A stretch of 64,000 nucleotides of DNA from Candidatus Limnocylindrales bacterium (GCA_038915165.1 JBCLDE010000003.1:12008-76007), one strand, 5' to 3'. Positions 10,163 through 21,406 are shown, counted from the stretch's first letter. A program made the numbers and translations. The notes: generated by a model not told the origin, from the letters alone.

Positions 10163-10666
10163 TCAGAGGGTCACCTCGAGACCGTAGCGGGCAGCCAGGT
10201 CGTGCACCCAGTCCATCGAGACCGTCGTTCCATACTCCTCCGCCAGCGCGCCCATGACCTCGTCGGTCAGCTCGTCCTTCGACGCCAGTTCGACCGTGCG
10301 GCGGAAGAAGTACTCGAAGCGCCCGGGCGTCAGCAACTCGATGATCCGAGCCGACTCCGGACCGGCGTTCCAGAAGGTGTGCATCACGCCGCGCGGCTTG
10401 AGGATCCAGGATCCGGGCTCGGCGGTGAACTCGTCCTCCCCAACACGCGCCCCGACCCGACCCTCAAGGACGTATGACCATTCGTCCGTGTCGTGATGCG
10501 TGTGCGGCGGGACCATGTACCCCGCAGCCATCGGCATCTCGCAGATGGACAGGGCGCCGCCCGTGGACTCGGTCGAAACCTTGACGGACGTTCCGATCGG
10601 CCCATCCCAGATGACGTCGCCGCCGTCCGGCGGGACCAGGAACCGAGTGCGCTCGACGACCGGCAT
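10163..10666 (-). CDS. Cupin-domain protein, copy 1
   Basis: 167 aa; ..PPHTHHDTDEWSYVLEGRVGARVGEDEF..ILKPRGVMHTFWN.. two-motif cupin pattern. Confidence 0.8.
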   Translation of the reverse strand: MPVVERTRFLVPPDGGDVIWDGPIGTSVKVSTESTGGALSICEMPMAAGYMVPPHTHHDTDEWSYVLEGRVGARVGEDEFTAEPGSWILKPRGVMHTFWNAGPESARIIELLTPGRFEYFFRRTVELASKDELTDEVMGALAEEYGTTVSMDWVHDLAARYGLEVTL

Positions 10667-10767
10667 GATGGCACCTCCACGCGACTATGACTACACATCC
10701 GTGTGCAATTGATAACGCGGACCGAAGGTAGCGCGGAACGCCCCTGTCGTCAATACTTTCGCTGCAC

Positions 10768-11406
10768 ATGACTGAGCAACCGACTCCTTTGCCCAGACGT
10801 CGTCCATACCGCATGCGCCGACGCCTTGAGTCATTCGAGGACACGCGCCGACGGATCACGGCCGCCGCCTTCGACCTGCACGCGACCGTGGGCCCATCGC
10901 GGACGACCATCCGGGCGATCGCCGACGGCGCCGGCGTCCAACGCCACACCGTCTACGCCCACTTCCCCGATCTGGGTACGCTGTACCTCGCCTGCACCGA
11001 GCACGGGATCCGGGTGACCGGCATGCCGGCGCCGGATCCCTGGGCGAGGATCGCAGATCCGACCGATCGCCTGCGCCTCGGACTCACCGAGCTGTTCGGT
11101 TGGTATCGGGCGAACGAGAGGATGCTCCGCAATGTCCTGTACGACGTGGATCCAACCGCGCCGCCGCCGACCGCGCCGGACCTCTTCGACCTCCGGATGG
11201 CGAGCCTGTTCGATGCGATCAGTAGCGGATGGTCGGTCGCGGTCGAGGGCACGCGACCGACCCTGTTGGTCGTGCTGGCGCACGCGATGGCATTCGAGAC
11301 GTGGCGCTCGCTGACCGGCGCAGGCCTGACCGACGAACAGGCCGTCGATCTGCTCTTGTCGATCGTGAGCGGTCTCGCTGGAGGGTCGATCGCCGTTCGC
11401 GACTAG
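10768..11406 (+). CDS. TetR-family transcriptional regulator, copy 1
   Basis: 212 aa; N-terminal HTH ..TTIRAIADGAGVQRHTVYAHFPD..; divergent from the cupin gene. Confidence 0.85.
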   Translation: MTEQPTPLPRRRPYRMRRRLESFEDTRRRITAAAFDLHATVGPSRTTIRAIADGAGVQRHTVYAHFPDLGTLYLACTEHGIRVTGMPAPDPWARIADPTDRLRLGLTELFGWYRANERMLRNVLYDVDPTAPPPTAPDLFDLRMASLFDAISSGWSVAVEGTRPTLLVVLAHAMAFETWRSLTGAGLTDEQAVDLLLSIVSGLAGGSIAVRD

Positions 11407-11531
11407 CGAGCGCTCGGTAGGAGGGACGGTCCGTACGTTGACGGAAGGACCGTCGTGCCCGCCCCGTTGGGGCCGAGCAATCCGAGGATCGTGCCCTCGG
11501 GAACCTCGAGGTCGACGTCGTCGAGTCTGCG
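11403..11531 (-). pseudogene. ABC-transporter ATPase N-terminal remnant, copy 1
   Basis: Mirror of 40866..40994. Confidence 0.45.
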
Positions 11532-11930
11532 CCGGTCAGCTCCGGGCCCGCCGCGCCGGTCGGCGGCGCGTTCCGTGGGGTGCGTAACACGTTTCCTACA
11601 GCTGAGCGTGGATGGATCCGCAGATTGGCGAGATCTGTCGCCTGGGGCCGCGTCCACGAGGGGTTCATCGCAATCTCGTTCCCAAGCGGAACACCCGCCA
11701 GGGCGATGGCCAGCGAGGGCGATGGCCCGCGAGGGCGAGGGCCAGCGGACGGTTTTTGGCAGATGTGCATAAGGCGAGCGGTGGGCGCATCCAGATCGTC
11801 CAGAGCCCGATGATCGACCCGTGAACGTGCTGGAGTCACGCTCATAGCGGTACGGACACCCGATCCACTGGTCGCGAATCGGGCTTGGCAGGTGCCTTAC
11901 GCTCGCCACACGCGCATTTGACAGGATCCT

Positions 11931-12014
11931 CGCCCGCCAGCTCGCCCGCCCTCGCCCGCCCCGCCAGCTCGCCCGCCCCGCCAGCTCGCCCGCCCCGCCC
12001 TCGCTCCGCCAGCT
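11931..12014. repeat. Imperfect GC-rich tandem array (CGCCCGCC[CCGCC]AGCT units), copy 1
   Basis: Contains two exact tandem 17-mers cgcccgccccgccagct at 11953..11986, flanked by degenerate units. Confidence 0.85.
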
Positions 12015-12030
12015 GCCCCGGAAGGACCCC

Positions 12031-13587
12031 TCAGGCCCTGGCGCGGTCCTTGAGGATCCGTTCCGCAGCGAGCTTGCCCGGCGCGCCCATGACGCAGCCG
12101 CCCGGGTGCGTGCCCGACCCGCACTGGTAGTAGCCGTCGATCGGCGTCCGGTACTGGCTCCAGCCGGGTGCCGGGCGGAAGAAGTACATCTGCGGGGCGA
12201 GGAATTCGCCCGCGAAGATGTTGCCCTCGCTCAGCCCGACCGTGCGCTCGATGTCAAGCGGTGTGACGACCTCGCGATGAAGGATGAGGTCGCTGAACCC
12301 CGGGAAGAACGACTCCAGCGTCCGCTGGACGGTGTCGCCAAGGTTGTGGCGCTCCGTGTCCCAGTCGCTCTCGCGCAGCTGGTAGGGCGTGTACTGGATG
12401 AAGCAGCTCATGACGTGCTTGCCGGGCGGCGCCATGTCCGGATCGATCGTCGACTGGATGGCACCATCGATATACGGACGCGAGCTGTACCAGCCGTACT
12501 TGGCCTCGTCGAAGGCGCGCTCCAGGTAATCCATGGACGGACCGATGTTCGTGAATCCACGGAACTGATCGCCTCGATCGCCCAGCGCCGGGTATTTCGG
12601 CAGACCGTCGAGCGCGAAGTTGACTTTCGACGAGGTGCCCTGGAAGCGGAAGCGGTTGATGTCCTCGACGAGGTCTGTCGGCAGTTCGCGCGGGTTCACC
12701 AGCTCCAGGAACGTGCGTCGCGGATCGAGCGCGCTGACCACGGTGGCGGCGTGGTACTCGCTGCCGTCGCTGAGGGCGACGCCGGTCGCCCGGCCGCTCT
12801 TCTGGAAGGCCCACGCACCGAACTCACCGTCGTGTTCGCCCATCGAGTGGTACAGGAGCACGAGCCCCGAACCCTGAGATCGGGGTCCGACCTTCGTCCC
12901 GATGATGCTCGACGAAGCCAGGTAGCCCTTGAGGATCTCCGAGTCGAAATAGTCGTCGAGGAAGTCGGCCGCGCTGCCGGTCAGCAGCCGGACTGCGTTG
13001 TGGAGCACGCGCTTGTCCATCCTGCGAAGGCGCGAGCCGAGCGAAGCGAGCGCGAGCAGCTCCTCGGGCTCGTCGCTGAAGAGGTCGGGCGGCGCGGCGT
13101 CCAGCAGCGGCTTGAGGGCCTGGCAGACTTGCTCCATGTCGTGCGAGTACTGCTCGTACGCGTCCGCGTCGTGCTGGCTGTGGCGCGCGATCTCCTTGAG
13201 ATTCTGGCCGTGGTCCTGGCCGAGCCACAGGTAGTCGCCATTCTCCATCGGCGCGAAGGTGGACGACATCAGCAGCGGCATGAAACCGTGCTTGGTGAGC
13301 TCCAGATCGTGGATGATCGCCGGCGGCAGCAGGCTCAGCGCCTACGAGAACGTGGTGAACGAGAAGCCCGGGTGCAGCTCCTCCGTGATGGCCGCGCCGC
13401 CGACCAGTCCTCGCCGCTCCAGGATGAGGGTCTTGAGCCCCGACTTCGCGAGATACGCACCGTTGACCAGGCCGTTGTGCCCGCCCCCGATGACGATCGC
13501 GTCGTAGGTCCGGTCACTCGGCGCGGTCTTCGTGGTCGCCTTCGGCCCCGGCCCGGCGGTCTTCGTCGAACGCTTCTTCGTCGTCAT
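12031..13587 (-). pseudogene. CrtI-family FAD-dependent oxidoreductase interrupted by an in-frame TAG, copy 1
   Basis: Mirror of 38810..40366. TAG at 13342..13344. Confidence 0.7.
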
Positions 13588-13588
13588 G

Positions 13589-14231
13589 TCAGGCCGTCTT
13601 TCGAGCGGGGTCGTAGAGCGGCGATCGAGCGGTCCGGGCCGCGACGTACTCATATCGATGGTTCACGTCGATCTCCAGGCGGACCGGCGTCCCGGCCGTG
13701 GCGAGTCCCGGCCGGACCCGGGCGAGAGCGATATGGCGCTGAAGGATGGGGGAGTACATGAAGCTCGTGGCATAGCCGACCTGGTGACCCGCATCGCCGT
13801 ACACGAACATCTCCTCCTGTACCGGCGTGTGGTCCTTCGGCGGGATCAGGCCGGCGCCGCCATAGATCCGGTCGTAGTCCGCCCAGTCCACCAGCAGGCC
13901 GGTCAGCCCTGGCGGGCCGGAGGATGACGCCGTCCTCCACGACGAAGCCACGGTCGTCGCACCAGACGGTGTACTGCGCGTTGCCCGGGGCACAGGTGCG
14001 GATGTCGCGGGCCAGCACGCCAGCCAGGAAACGCTCCGCGTCGCGGCCGTGGATCCGGTACTTGTAGAGCGGCGACGTGTCGAAGACGCCGGCCGAGTTA
14101 CGGACCGCGAAGTACTCGAACTTGTCCGACATCTGGTAGCGATCGGCGGCCAGGTGGCCGGACCAGTGGCTCCACAGTCCGGTCTTGTTGAGCGCGCTCG
14201 TCCGCTCGTGGAACGGTGACGTCAGGATCAT
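13589..14231 (-). pseudogene. GcvT/aminomethyltransferase-family gene with a large internal deletion and frameshift, copy 1
   Basis: Mirror of 38166..38808. Confidence 0.6.
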
Positions 14232-14338
14232 GCGGGCCTCGCTGGTGTGCGTCCGACGCGGCGAGGATAGTCGGGTGGCGTGCGCTGGAGGACACGCGGT
14301 CCCGGGCCTTGGGACGACCGACAACGGACGATGCCCGC

Positions 14339-15088
14339 CTACTCCCAGCGGAACGTCCGCGCCGCGAGCAGCACGGACCCGACGCCCCAGGCGAGTAGGA
14401 CCGCGATCGAGCTTGCGGCGTCGCCGCCCTGCCCAAGCGCCACGCGGAACGCATCGGCGAGGGCTGCCGCGGGCAGGATCGAGGCGATGCCCTGGAGCGC
14501 CACCGGAAGGTGGTCTACCGGCAGGACGATCCCGCCGAGTAGCAGGAACGCGATGAACAGAACGTTCGCGAGGGCGAGTGTCGCCTCCGCCCGGAGTGCA
14601 CCGGCAAGCAGCAGGCCGAGGCCGGCGAACGTGAACGTCCCGAGCATCAGCACGACCGCGACGAGGAGTGGTGAGACGGTCGGGCCCGGCCGCCAGCCCA
14701 GCACGGCCGCCGCGACCGCGACGAGCAGGACGACCTGGGCGATCTCCACGGCCAGGACCGCCAGCATCTTCGCCGCGATGAGACCGCCCCGTGTCATGGG
14801 CGAGCCACCCAGCCGTTTCAGCACCCCGTAGTGCCGCTCGTATGCCGTCGCGATGCCGAGATTCACGAGGCTTGTCGCGATGACTGCCAGCGCCAGTGCG
14901 CCAGGCAGGAGGAAGTCGACCGGCGAGCCACCCCCGGTCGGCAGCACGCTGACCGAGGCAGAGAACAGCAGCACGACGACCGGGATGACGGCCGTGACGA
15001 GGACGTTCTCGCCGCGCCGGGCGGTGAGGCGCAGCTCCATCGCGGCCTGGGCGAGCGTTGCCGCGAGGGGGGAGGCCGGGCGGCTCAT
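14339..15088 (-). CDS. ABC-2 type transporter permease, copy 1
   Basis: Mirror of 37309..38058. Confidence 0.8.
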   Translation of the reverse strand: MSRPASPLAATLAQAAMELRLTARRGENVLVTAVIPVVVLLFSASVSVLPTGGGSPVDFLLPGALALAVIATSLVNLGIATAYERHYGVLKRLGGSPMTRGGLIAAKMLAVLAVEIAQVVLLVAVAAAVLGWRPGPTVSPLLVAVVLMLGTFTFAGLGLLLAGALRAEATLALANVLFIAFLLLGGIVLPVDHLPVALQGIASILPAAALADAFRVALGQGGDAASSIAVLLAWGVGSVLLAARTFRWE

Positions 15089-16086
15089 GCCGGGATCACC
15101 GACTCGCCGGCGGCATCGCCCGCCGCGGCGTCGTCGCCCGGTGTCGGCCCGACAAGTGCGAGGTAGGTTTCCTCCAGCGTCCCGCCACCCGTTCGCAACT
15201 CGACGATCAGCCGATCGGCCGTGGCGCACCAGGCTGCGAGGCTCGCCACGAGTGCCGCGTCCGGCTCAACGCCATCCACCCGATGATGGGCCCCGTCGGG
15301 TTCGATCGCGAGCATGGCGCCGGGCCGCTGGGCGGCGAGCGCCCGTCCCAGCACCGCCGCTTCGGTCGGGCCGAGCGGGCGGTCAAGGCGGAACCGCAGC
15401 CTGGGTGCGACCCCGGCGGCCAGCTCCGCGGCCGTGCCGGAGGCGACGATCCGGCCCCGGTCCAGGACGCAGATCCGGTCGGCCAGCCGCTCGACATCGG
15501 TCAGGTCGTGGCTCGTCAGGAGGATCGCGGCCCCCTCCGTCCGAAGGTCCGCGACGATCGCCCGCGTGGCGGCCCGCGCTTCCGGATCCATCCCGGCGGT
15601 CGGTTCGTCCAGGACGACGACCTCCGGCCGGCCGACCAGCGCGAGCGCCAGACCGAGCCGTTGGCGCTCGCCCCCGGACAGTCGTCGATAAGGTGTCCCA
15701 GCGACCGCCCGGAGTCCGACCAGGTCGATCAGCTCGTTCGCGTCGCGGGGATCCCGGTGAAAGCGCCCGTATTGGCGGATGGTCTCGAGCGGCTTGGCGC
15801 GCGGGTCCACCCCGCCACCCTGGAGCATGAGTCCGACCCGCGCGCGCAGGGCGGGCCCGCCGGTCGCCGGATCGACGCCCAGGACGCGCACGCGGCCTCC
15901 ATCGGCTTTGCGGTACCCCTCGATGATCTCGACCGTCGTGGTCTTGCCGGCCCCGTTCGGGCCGAGGACGGCCACGAGTTCGCCGGCCGCGATCGACATG
16001 GACACGCCGTCCAGGACGGTCCGGGCGCCGTACCGCTTGACCAGCTCGTCGACGACGACCGCGGGCTCGCCAGTCGAGCCGCTCAC
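15085..16086 (-). CDS. ABC transporter ATP-binding protein (DrrA-like), copy 1
   Basis: Mirror of 36311..37312. Confidence 0.9.
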   Translation of the reverse strand: MSGSTGEPAVVVDELVKRYGARTVLDGVSMSIAAGELVAVLGPNGAGKTTTVEIIEGYRKADGGRVRVLGVDPATGGPALRARVGLMLQGGGVDPRAKPLETIRQYGRFHRDPRDANELIDLVGLRAVAGTPYRRLSGGERQRLGLALALVGRPEVVVLDEPTAGMDPEARAATRAIVADLRTEGAAILLTSHDLTDVERLADRICVLDRGRIVASGTAAELAAGVAPRLRFRLDRPLGPTEAAVLGRALAAQRPGAMLAIEPDGAHHRVDGVEPDAALVASLAAWCATADRLIVELRTGGGTLEETYLALVGPTPGDDAAAGDAAGESVIPA

Positions 16087-16568
16087 GGCGCGGTCGTCGC
16101 GATCCTGGCGTACTGGCGCTCGAAGTCCGCGTCGGTCAGTTCGCCGACCTGGATGGACCGCACGACGCCGGAGCGATCCACGAAGTACGTCTGGGGTCGG
16201 GCGGCGACCCGATAGACCGTCCTGATCGCCTTGTCCGGGTCGACGACCGTGGGCCAGGTCGCGTGATAGTCGGCCACGAAGTCGCGGGCGGGCTGCGCTG
16301 GGTCGTCGGTCAGGATCCCGACGATGGCCAGCCCATCGGTCGCGTGCTCGGCGAGCTTCGCCTGGAACAGCGGGAACTCGTCACGGCACGGCACGCAGCT
16401 GGGCCCCCAGAAGTTGATGATGACCGGCTTGCCGGCGAGGCTCGCCAGATCGAACGGTGCACCATCGAGCGTGGTCCCGATGATCGGCGGCGCGACCTCG
16501 CCGACCGCCACCCGCGGCCCGCCCTGGCCCGATCGCACGAGCAGCAGGACGCCGACGGTCGTGAGCAC
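16083..16568 (-). CDS. TlpA/ResA-like thiol-disulfide oxidoreductase, copy 1
   Basis: Mirror of 35829..36314. Confidence 0.85.
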   Translation of the reverse strand: MLTTVGVLLLVRSGQGGPRVAVGEVAPPIIGTTLDGAPFDLASLAGKPVIINFWGPSCVPCRDEFPLFQAKLAEHATDGLAIVGILTDDPAQPARDFVADYHATWPTVVDPDKAIRTVYRVAARPQTYFVDRSGVVRSIQVGELTDADFERQYARIATTAP

Positions 16569-16619
16569 AGCGAGGAGCAGCGCGAGGAGGATCGGTCGAC
16601 GCGGCGTGGTCGTGCCCGG

Positions 16620-17714
16620 CTATTCCAGCGTCGCGGTCCCCGTCATCGACGGGTGGACGATGCAGATGAAGGTGTACTTGCCGGCCGCCAGTGGCGGGAT
16701 GTCGTAGACCTTCGTCGCGACGCCGGGGAAGATCTCCCCCTTGAAGACGATCGCCCCGCTCGAGTCGTTCAATTCCACGTTGTGCGGTGTCCCCGGATCC
16801 TGATTGTCGAACGCGATGGTGAACGCCTTGTTCGCCGGGGCGACGATCGATGACTGCAGGAACTTCACTCCCTGCGCCTGGATCAGGACATCGGCCACCG
16901 GCGCCTGGCTGGCCGCCGGTCCGCCGGAAGCGGGCGGACCCGAGGCCGGTGCGCCTGAGGCGGCGGCTCCACCGGTCGCGCCATCGGCCTGCCTGGACGC
17001 AAAGACGCCGGACTGGATGATCACCGCCCCGATGAGCAGGACGGTCAGGGTCCCCAGCAGGCGCGAGGGGGTCCTGGCGGCAGGGATGTTCTCGAGATGG
17101 CCGGTCCTGTCCGCCTCGACGGTCTTGGCGTATTCCTTGCGGGCGTCCCCGAGCCAGCCGAGGAGCGTCGCGACCAGCGCGATCACACCCACCAGCAGGA
17201 GCCAGCTGCCGAAGACCAGTCCGAGCATCAACAGCGAGACGCCCACGGCGCCGAGGAACGGTCGCCAGGACGGCCCGGGCATGTGGACTCCGGGTGGCGG
17301 CCCGTCGTGGATGACCGCAGGCACGACCGTCGCCGTCGCCCGGATGTCGCGGTCGTACAGACGAAGCGCCTCGGCCAGCCAGTACAGCAATGTCAGCACG
17401 AGCGCGATGGCACCCAGGATGAGGACCATGCCGTCGAAGACCAGGCCCAGCAACAGCAGACTCACGCCGATGGCCGCGAACACCGGGGCGAACGACGGGC
17501 CAGGCATATGGATGCCGGTCGGCGTCCTGGGCGGAACCCGACCCATGCCGCGGCGAGGCTTCGGCGCCGTCAGCAGCGTGCGGAAGGTCCGGAACAGGAC
17601 GACCACGATGAGGATGGACAGACCGACCGGGATCAGGGCGATCAGCGCACCCCAGTCGGGGGTCACGATCGTCGCGAGCAGCTCCAGGATGCTGGTCCAG
17701 ATCCGTTCGAGCAT
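16620..17714 (-). CDS. Membrane protein with duplicated HMPGPS(F/W) motif and C-terminal cupredoxin, copy 1
   Basis: Mirror of 34683..35777. Confidence 0.8.
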   Translation of the reverse strand: MLERIWTSILELLATIVTPDWGALIALIPVGLSILIVVVLFRTFRTLLTAPKPRRGMGRVPPRTPTGIHMPGPSFAPVFAAIGVSLLLLGLVFDGMVLILGAIALVLTLLYWLAEALRLYDRDIRATATVVPAVIHDGPPPGVHMPGPSWRPFLGAVGVSLLMLGLVFGSWLLLVGVIALVATLLGWLGDARKEYAKTVEADRTGHLENIPAARTPSRLLGTLTVLLIGAVIIQSGVFASRQADGATGGAAASGAPASGPPASGGPAASQAPVADVLIQAQGVKFLQSSIVAPANKAFTIAFDNQDPGTPHNVELNDSSGAIVFKGEIFPGVATKVYDIPPLAAGKYTFICIVHPSMTGTATLE

Positions 17715-17756
17715 CGGTCAGCCGAGGTCAGGTCGCGCGGGCGCGAGCGATCCCGG

Positions 17757-17951
17757 TCACTCCCCGGAGGATCCGGCGACGAGGACGTAGGCCAGGAGGG
17801 CCGTCGCCGCCCCCAGGAAGATGAGCATCGTCGTGCCGGCGTAGTCCACGTGCCAGCCACCGAAGTACGGGACGGCCCAGAAGATGAGGCCGATGACCAG
17901 GAACAGGATCCCGACAAGGGCGGCGTTACGGGGATGACGGAGGGGATGCAT
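17757..17951 (-). CDS. Small 2-TM membrane protein in the cox operon (possible oxidase subunit IV), copy 1
   Basis: Mirror of 34446..34640. Confidence 0.55.
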   Translation of the reverse strand: MHPLRHPRNAALVGILFLVIGLIFWAVPYFGGWHVDYAGTTMLIFLGAATALLAYVLVAGSSGE

Positions 17952-17963
17952 GGCGGTCGCCTC

Positions 17964-18611
17964 CTATTTCCCGGGCAGCAGGTAGAGGAGCGAGAACAGC
18001 AGGATCCAGACGACATCGACGAAGTGCCAGTAGAGCGAAGCCCCCTCGACGGCATCGTAGTGCCTGGCCGAGAACTGGCCGGCCATCCCTCGGTAGAGCA
18101 CGACGCTCAGCATGATGACGCCGCCCAGGACGTGCGCCCCGTGGAAGCCGGTCAGCGTGTAATAGGTGGTCCCGTACGTCCCGGACGAGAGGGTCAGGCC
18201 CTCCTGGCCCAGGAGCGCGTAGTCCGTCACCTGTATCGCCAGGAACACGATTCCCAGGATGACGGTCACGGTCATGCTGCGAAGGAACCCGACGCGGTCG
18301 TCGCGCCGGATCGCCCAGACGGCGAACTGGCAGGTGACCGAGCTCAGGATCAGCAGGATGGTGGCTGGGCCGACGAACGGCAGGATCGCCAAGTGGAACG
18401 GCTCGCTGGTCTCCGGGTTGATCGGCGGCCACTGCGGCGTGTTGGCCCGGATGCTGAAGTAGGCGGCGAACAGGCCGCCGAAGAACATCACCTCGGAGGT
18501 GATGAACAGGAGCATCCCGAGGACCGGGTTGCTGATGCCTCCATGGGTGTCGTGGGGCATCGAGGTCAGCGGGTCGTGCTCGACGGGCACCACGTTGCTA
18601 TCGGTCGTCAT
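17964..18611 (-). CDS. ctaE: Cytochrome c oxidase subunit III, copy 1
   Basis: Mirror of 33786..34433. Confidence 0.9.
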   Translation of the reverse strand: MTTDSNVVPVEHDPLTSMPHDTHGGISNPVLGMLLFITSEVMFFGGLFAAYFSIRANTPQWPPINPETSEPFHLAILPFVGPATILLILSSVTCQFAVWAIRRDDRVGFLRSMTVTVILGIVFLAIQVTDYALLGQEGLTLSSGTYGTTYYTLTGFHGAHVLGGVIMLSVVLYRGMAGQFSARHYDAVEGASLYWHFVDVVWILLFSLLYLLPGK

Positions 18612-18618
18612 CGTCCGC

Positions 18619-20247
18619 TCAGCGCTCGTCCGTCCGACCGTGTCGAAGGTCGAACAGCGGGCGCTCCGACCGGATCTCGGGCAGGCGGTCGAAGTTGTAG
18701 GCGGGCGGCGGTGAGCTGGTCGCCCACTCGAGGGTGTTGCCCTCCCATGGGTCATCGCCGGCCGGCGCCCCGCTGCGCAGCGACAGGAAGACGTTCCAGA
18801 GGAACGGCAGCATGCTCGCGGCGATGGTGAAGCCGCCGACAGTGGCGAGCAGGTTGAGGTCGTTCCAGCCGGCCGTCGACGAGTAGTCGGCGATCCGTCG
18901 CGGCATCCCGGCCAGACCCAGTTCGTGCATCGGGAAGAAGGTCAGGTTGAAGCCGATGAACATGAGGACGAAGTGCGCCTTGCCGACTGTCTCGTTCATC
19001 ATCTTGCCGGTCATCTTGGGAAACCAGTAGTAGAAGCCGCCCATGATCCCGAAGACTGATCCACCGAACAGCACGTAGTGCAGGTGGGCGACCACCCAGT
19101 AGGTGTCATGGAGCGCGAAGTCGACCGGCACCGAGGCGCTGAAGGCGCCGTTGAGGCCACCGATGAGGAACATCGACAGGAAGCCGATGGCGAACAGCAG
19201 GGGCGTCTTGAGCACCAGCTGGCCACGCCACATCGTGGCGATCCAGTTGAACATCTTCACCCCGGTCGGGACCGAGATGAGGAAGGTCATGACGCTGAAG
19301 AACGGCAGGTAGACCGCGCCGGTCGTGAACATGTGGTGGGCCCACACGGAGAAGCCGAGCGCCCCGATCCCCGCCGTCGCGAAGATGAAGGCCTTGTAGC
19401 CGAACAGCGGTTTGCGGCTGAAGACCGGCAGGATCTCGCTGATCATGCCCATCGCCGGCAGGACCATGATGTAGACGGCCGGGTGCGAGTAGAACCAGAA
19501 GATGTTCTGGTAGAGGATCGAATCGCCACCGCGGGCCGGGTCGAAGAAGGACCCACCGTAGTTGCGATCGATGAACAGCATGATCAGCGCGCTCGTGATG
19601 ACCGGGGTCGCCATCAGCACCAGGACCGAGGTGACCAGCATGGTCCAGACCATGATCGGCATCCGGAAGAGGGTCATGCCGGGGGCTCGCATCTTGAAGA
19701 TCGTCACGAGGAAGTTGATGGCGCCCAGGATGGAACTCGTCCCGATCAGCGCGAGCGCGACGATCCACAGGTCCTGCCCTGACCCGGTCGAGGCGAGCGG
19801 CCGGTCCAGCGAGAGCGGTGCGTAGCTCGTCCAGCCGGCCGCTGCCGTGCCGCCCGTGATGAACCCGAGGAGGAGCAGGACGCCGGCCAGCGGCAACATC
19901 CAGAACGACATCGCGTTGATTCGCGGGAAGGCCATGTCCGGGGCGCCGATCTGGAGCGGCACGACGTAGTTGCCGAAGCCAGCCAGCATCGGGATCACGA
20001 ACAGGAAGATCATGAACGTGGCGTGCATCGTGAACATCTCGTTGTAGGTCTGGTCGGTGACGAACTGCAGGCCGGGCATCGCCAGCTCGGTCCGGACGCC
20101 GATGGCCAACAGGCCACCGATGAAGAAGAACACGAACGAATTGATGATGTAGAGGATCCCGATCTTCTTGTGATCGGTCGTCGTCACCCAGTCGTACAGG
20201 GTGCTCCCGTAGGCAGGGGCCGTCCGTCTCACCTTCGTGGTCGCCAT
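18619..20247 (-). CDS. ctaD: Cytochrome c oxidase subunit I, copy 1
   Basis: Mirror of 32150..33778. Confidence 0.97.
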   Translation of the reverse strand: MATTKVRRTAPAYGSTLYDWVTTTDHKKIGILYIINSFVFFFIGGLLAIGVRTELAMPGLQFVTDQTYNEMFTMHATFMIFLFVIPMLAGFGNYVVPLQIGAPDMAFPRINAMSFWMLPLAGVLLLLGFITGGTAAAGWTSYAPLSLDRPLASTGSGQDLWIVALALIGTSSILGAINFLVTIFKMRAPGMTLFRMPIMVWTMLVTSVLVLMATPVITSALIMLFIDRNYGGSFFDPARGGDSILYQNIFWFYSHPAVYIMVLPAMGMISEILPVFSRKPLFGYKAFIFATAGIGALGFSVWAHHMFTTGAVYLPFFSVMTFLISVPTGVKMFNWIATMWRGQLVLKTPLLFAIGFLSMFLIGGLNGAFSASVPVDFALHDTYWVVAHLHYVLFGGSVFGIMGGFYYWFPKMTGKMMNETVGKAHFVLMFIGFNLTFFPMHELGLAGMPRRIADYSSTAGWNDLNLLATVGGFTIAASMLPFLWNVFLSLRSGAPAGDDPWEGNTLEWATSSPPPAYNFDRLPEIRSERPLFDLRHGRTDER

Positions 20248-20257
20248 CGGCGGCTCC

Positions 20258-21406
20258 TTACTGGACCGTCAGGGTGCCGGTCATCGTCGGATGGACCGTA
20301 CACACGAATGCATAGGTTCCGGCCGGCAGGGCCGGTACGTCGTAGGTCTTCTTGGCCACGCCATTGAAGAGCTCGCCCTTGAAGACTTCCTTGCCCGTCG
20401 CCGAGCCCTCGCGGATGGCTACATCGTGTGGGGTGCCTGCGTCCTTGTTCTCGAACTCGATTCGGAAGTGCTTGCCGGCCGGGGCGCTGATGGTCGTCTG
20501 CTCGAACTTCACGCCGCTCGCCGTCACGTTGATCGTGGGGCCGGCTTCGCCGCTGGGTGTGGGAGGCGGCGTGGCGTTGGGTATGGCGACCTTGGCCGCC
20601 AGCCAGGTGTCGAATTCGGCGCCGGTGAGGGCGTGGACCTCGAACAGCATGATCCGGTGGCCGACGCCGCACAGCTCCGCGCATTGGCCGCGGAACGTCT
20701 GCCCCGCCTCCTTGTCGCTGACCTTGAATTCGAAGCTGTTGACCCGACCCGGCACGACATCGCGCTTGAACAGGAACTGCGGCACGTAGAAGGCGTGGAT
20801 GACGTCCTGGCTGACCAGTGTCAGCTGGACGGTCCGACCGGCTGGCACCACCATGCCGCCGTCCTCGCCGGTGGGGACGAGTTGGGTGTAGAGGATCGTC
20901 TTGCCATCCGCGGACAGGTAGTCGAACTGCCACTGGAACTGACCGGCGACAGCCCGGATCCGCTGTTGCGGCTCAGCCGAATGGGTGTCGACCACATTGA
21001 GCGTCTGCCACGAGATGACGAACAGGAAGATGACGATGAGCGTCGGTACGACCGTCCAGACGATCTCGGCGATCTTGTTGCCATGTGTCTGCGCCGGCAG
21101 GGTGTCATCGCCGGGCTTGCGTCGGTAGCGCACGACCGTCCAGATGATCAGGCCCTCGACGAGCAGGAAGATGGCCGCTGAGATCAGGAAGACGATGGTG
21201 TACAGGTCGCGGATCTGGGCGCCCTGGTCGGTGACGGCGATGGGCGGGTAGAGGCCCGTCACGAAGGCTTGGCCAGCCTTGAGCAGGTCACTGCCCGCGA
21301 CGATCGCGATCAGCGTGCCGATGACCAGGGCAGCACCGATCGCGAGGGCGAAGGTGGCGGTCTGCGAGGGGCCCGACCTTTGGGAGCTGGACATCAACGT
21401 CCTCAA
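20258..21406 (-). CDS. ctaC: Cytochrome c oxidase subunit II with extra C-terminal cupredoxin, copy 1
   Basis: Mirror of 30991..32139. Confidence 0.95.
   Translation of the reverse strand: MRTLMSSSQRSGPSQTATFALAIGAALVIGTLIAIVAGSDLLKAGQAFVTGLYPPIAVTDQGAQIRDLYTIVFLISAAIFLLVEGLIIWTVVRYRRKPGDDTLPAQTHGNKIAEIVWTVVPTLIVIFLFVISWQTLNVVDTHSAEPQQRIRAVAGQFQWQFDYLSADGKTILYTQLVPTGEDGGMVVPAGRTVQLTLVSQDVIHAFYVPQFLFKRDVVPGRVNSFEFKVSDKEAGQTFRGQCAELCGVGHRIMLFEVHALTGAEFDTWLAAKVAIPNATPPPTPSGEAGPTINVTASGVKFEQTTISAPAGKHFRIEFENKDAGTPHDVAIREGSATGKEVFKGELFNGVAKKTYDVPALPAGTYAFVCTVHPTMTGTLTVQ

Noticed and set aside
17097-18830. Very long ORFs such as 17097..18830 (577 aa), 12106..13761 (551 aa), 43678..45216 (512 aa), 5605..6678, 5773..6864, 15058..16215 and their mirror copies.
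   Set aside because: Their composition is Arg/Pro/Gly/Asp-dominated. They lie antisense or out of frame to genes with clear family signatures (ctaE/ctaD, CrtI-like, integrase, ABC ATPase). Such shadow ORFs are expected in ~70% GC DNA.
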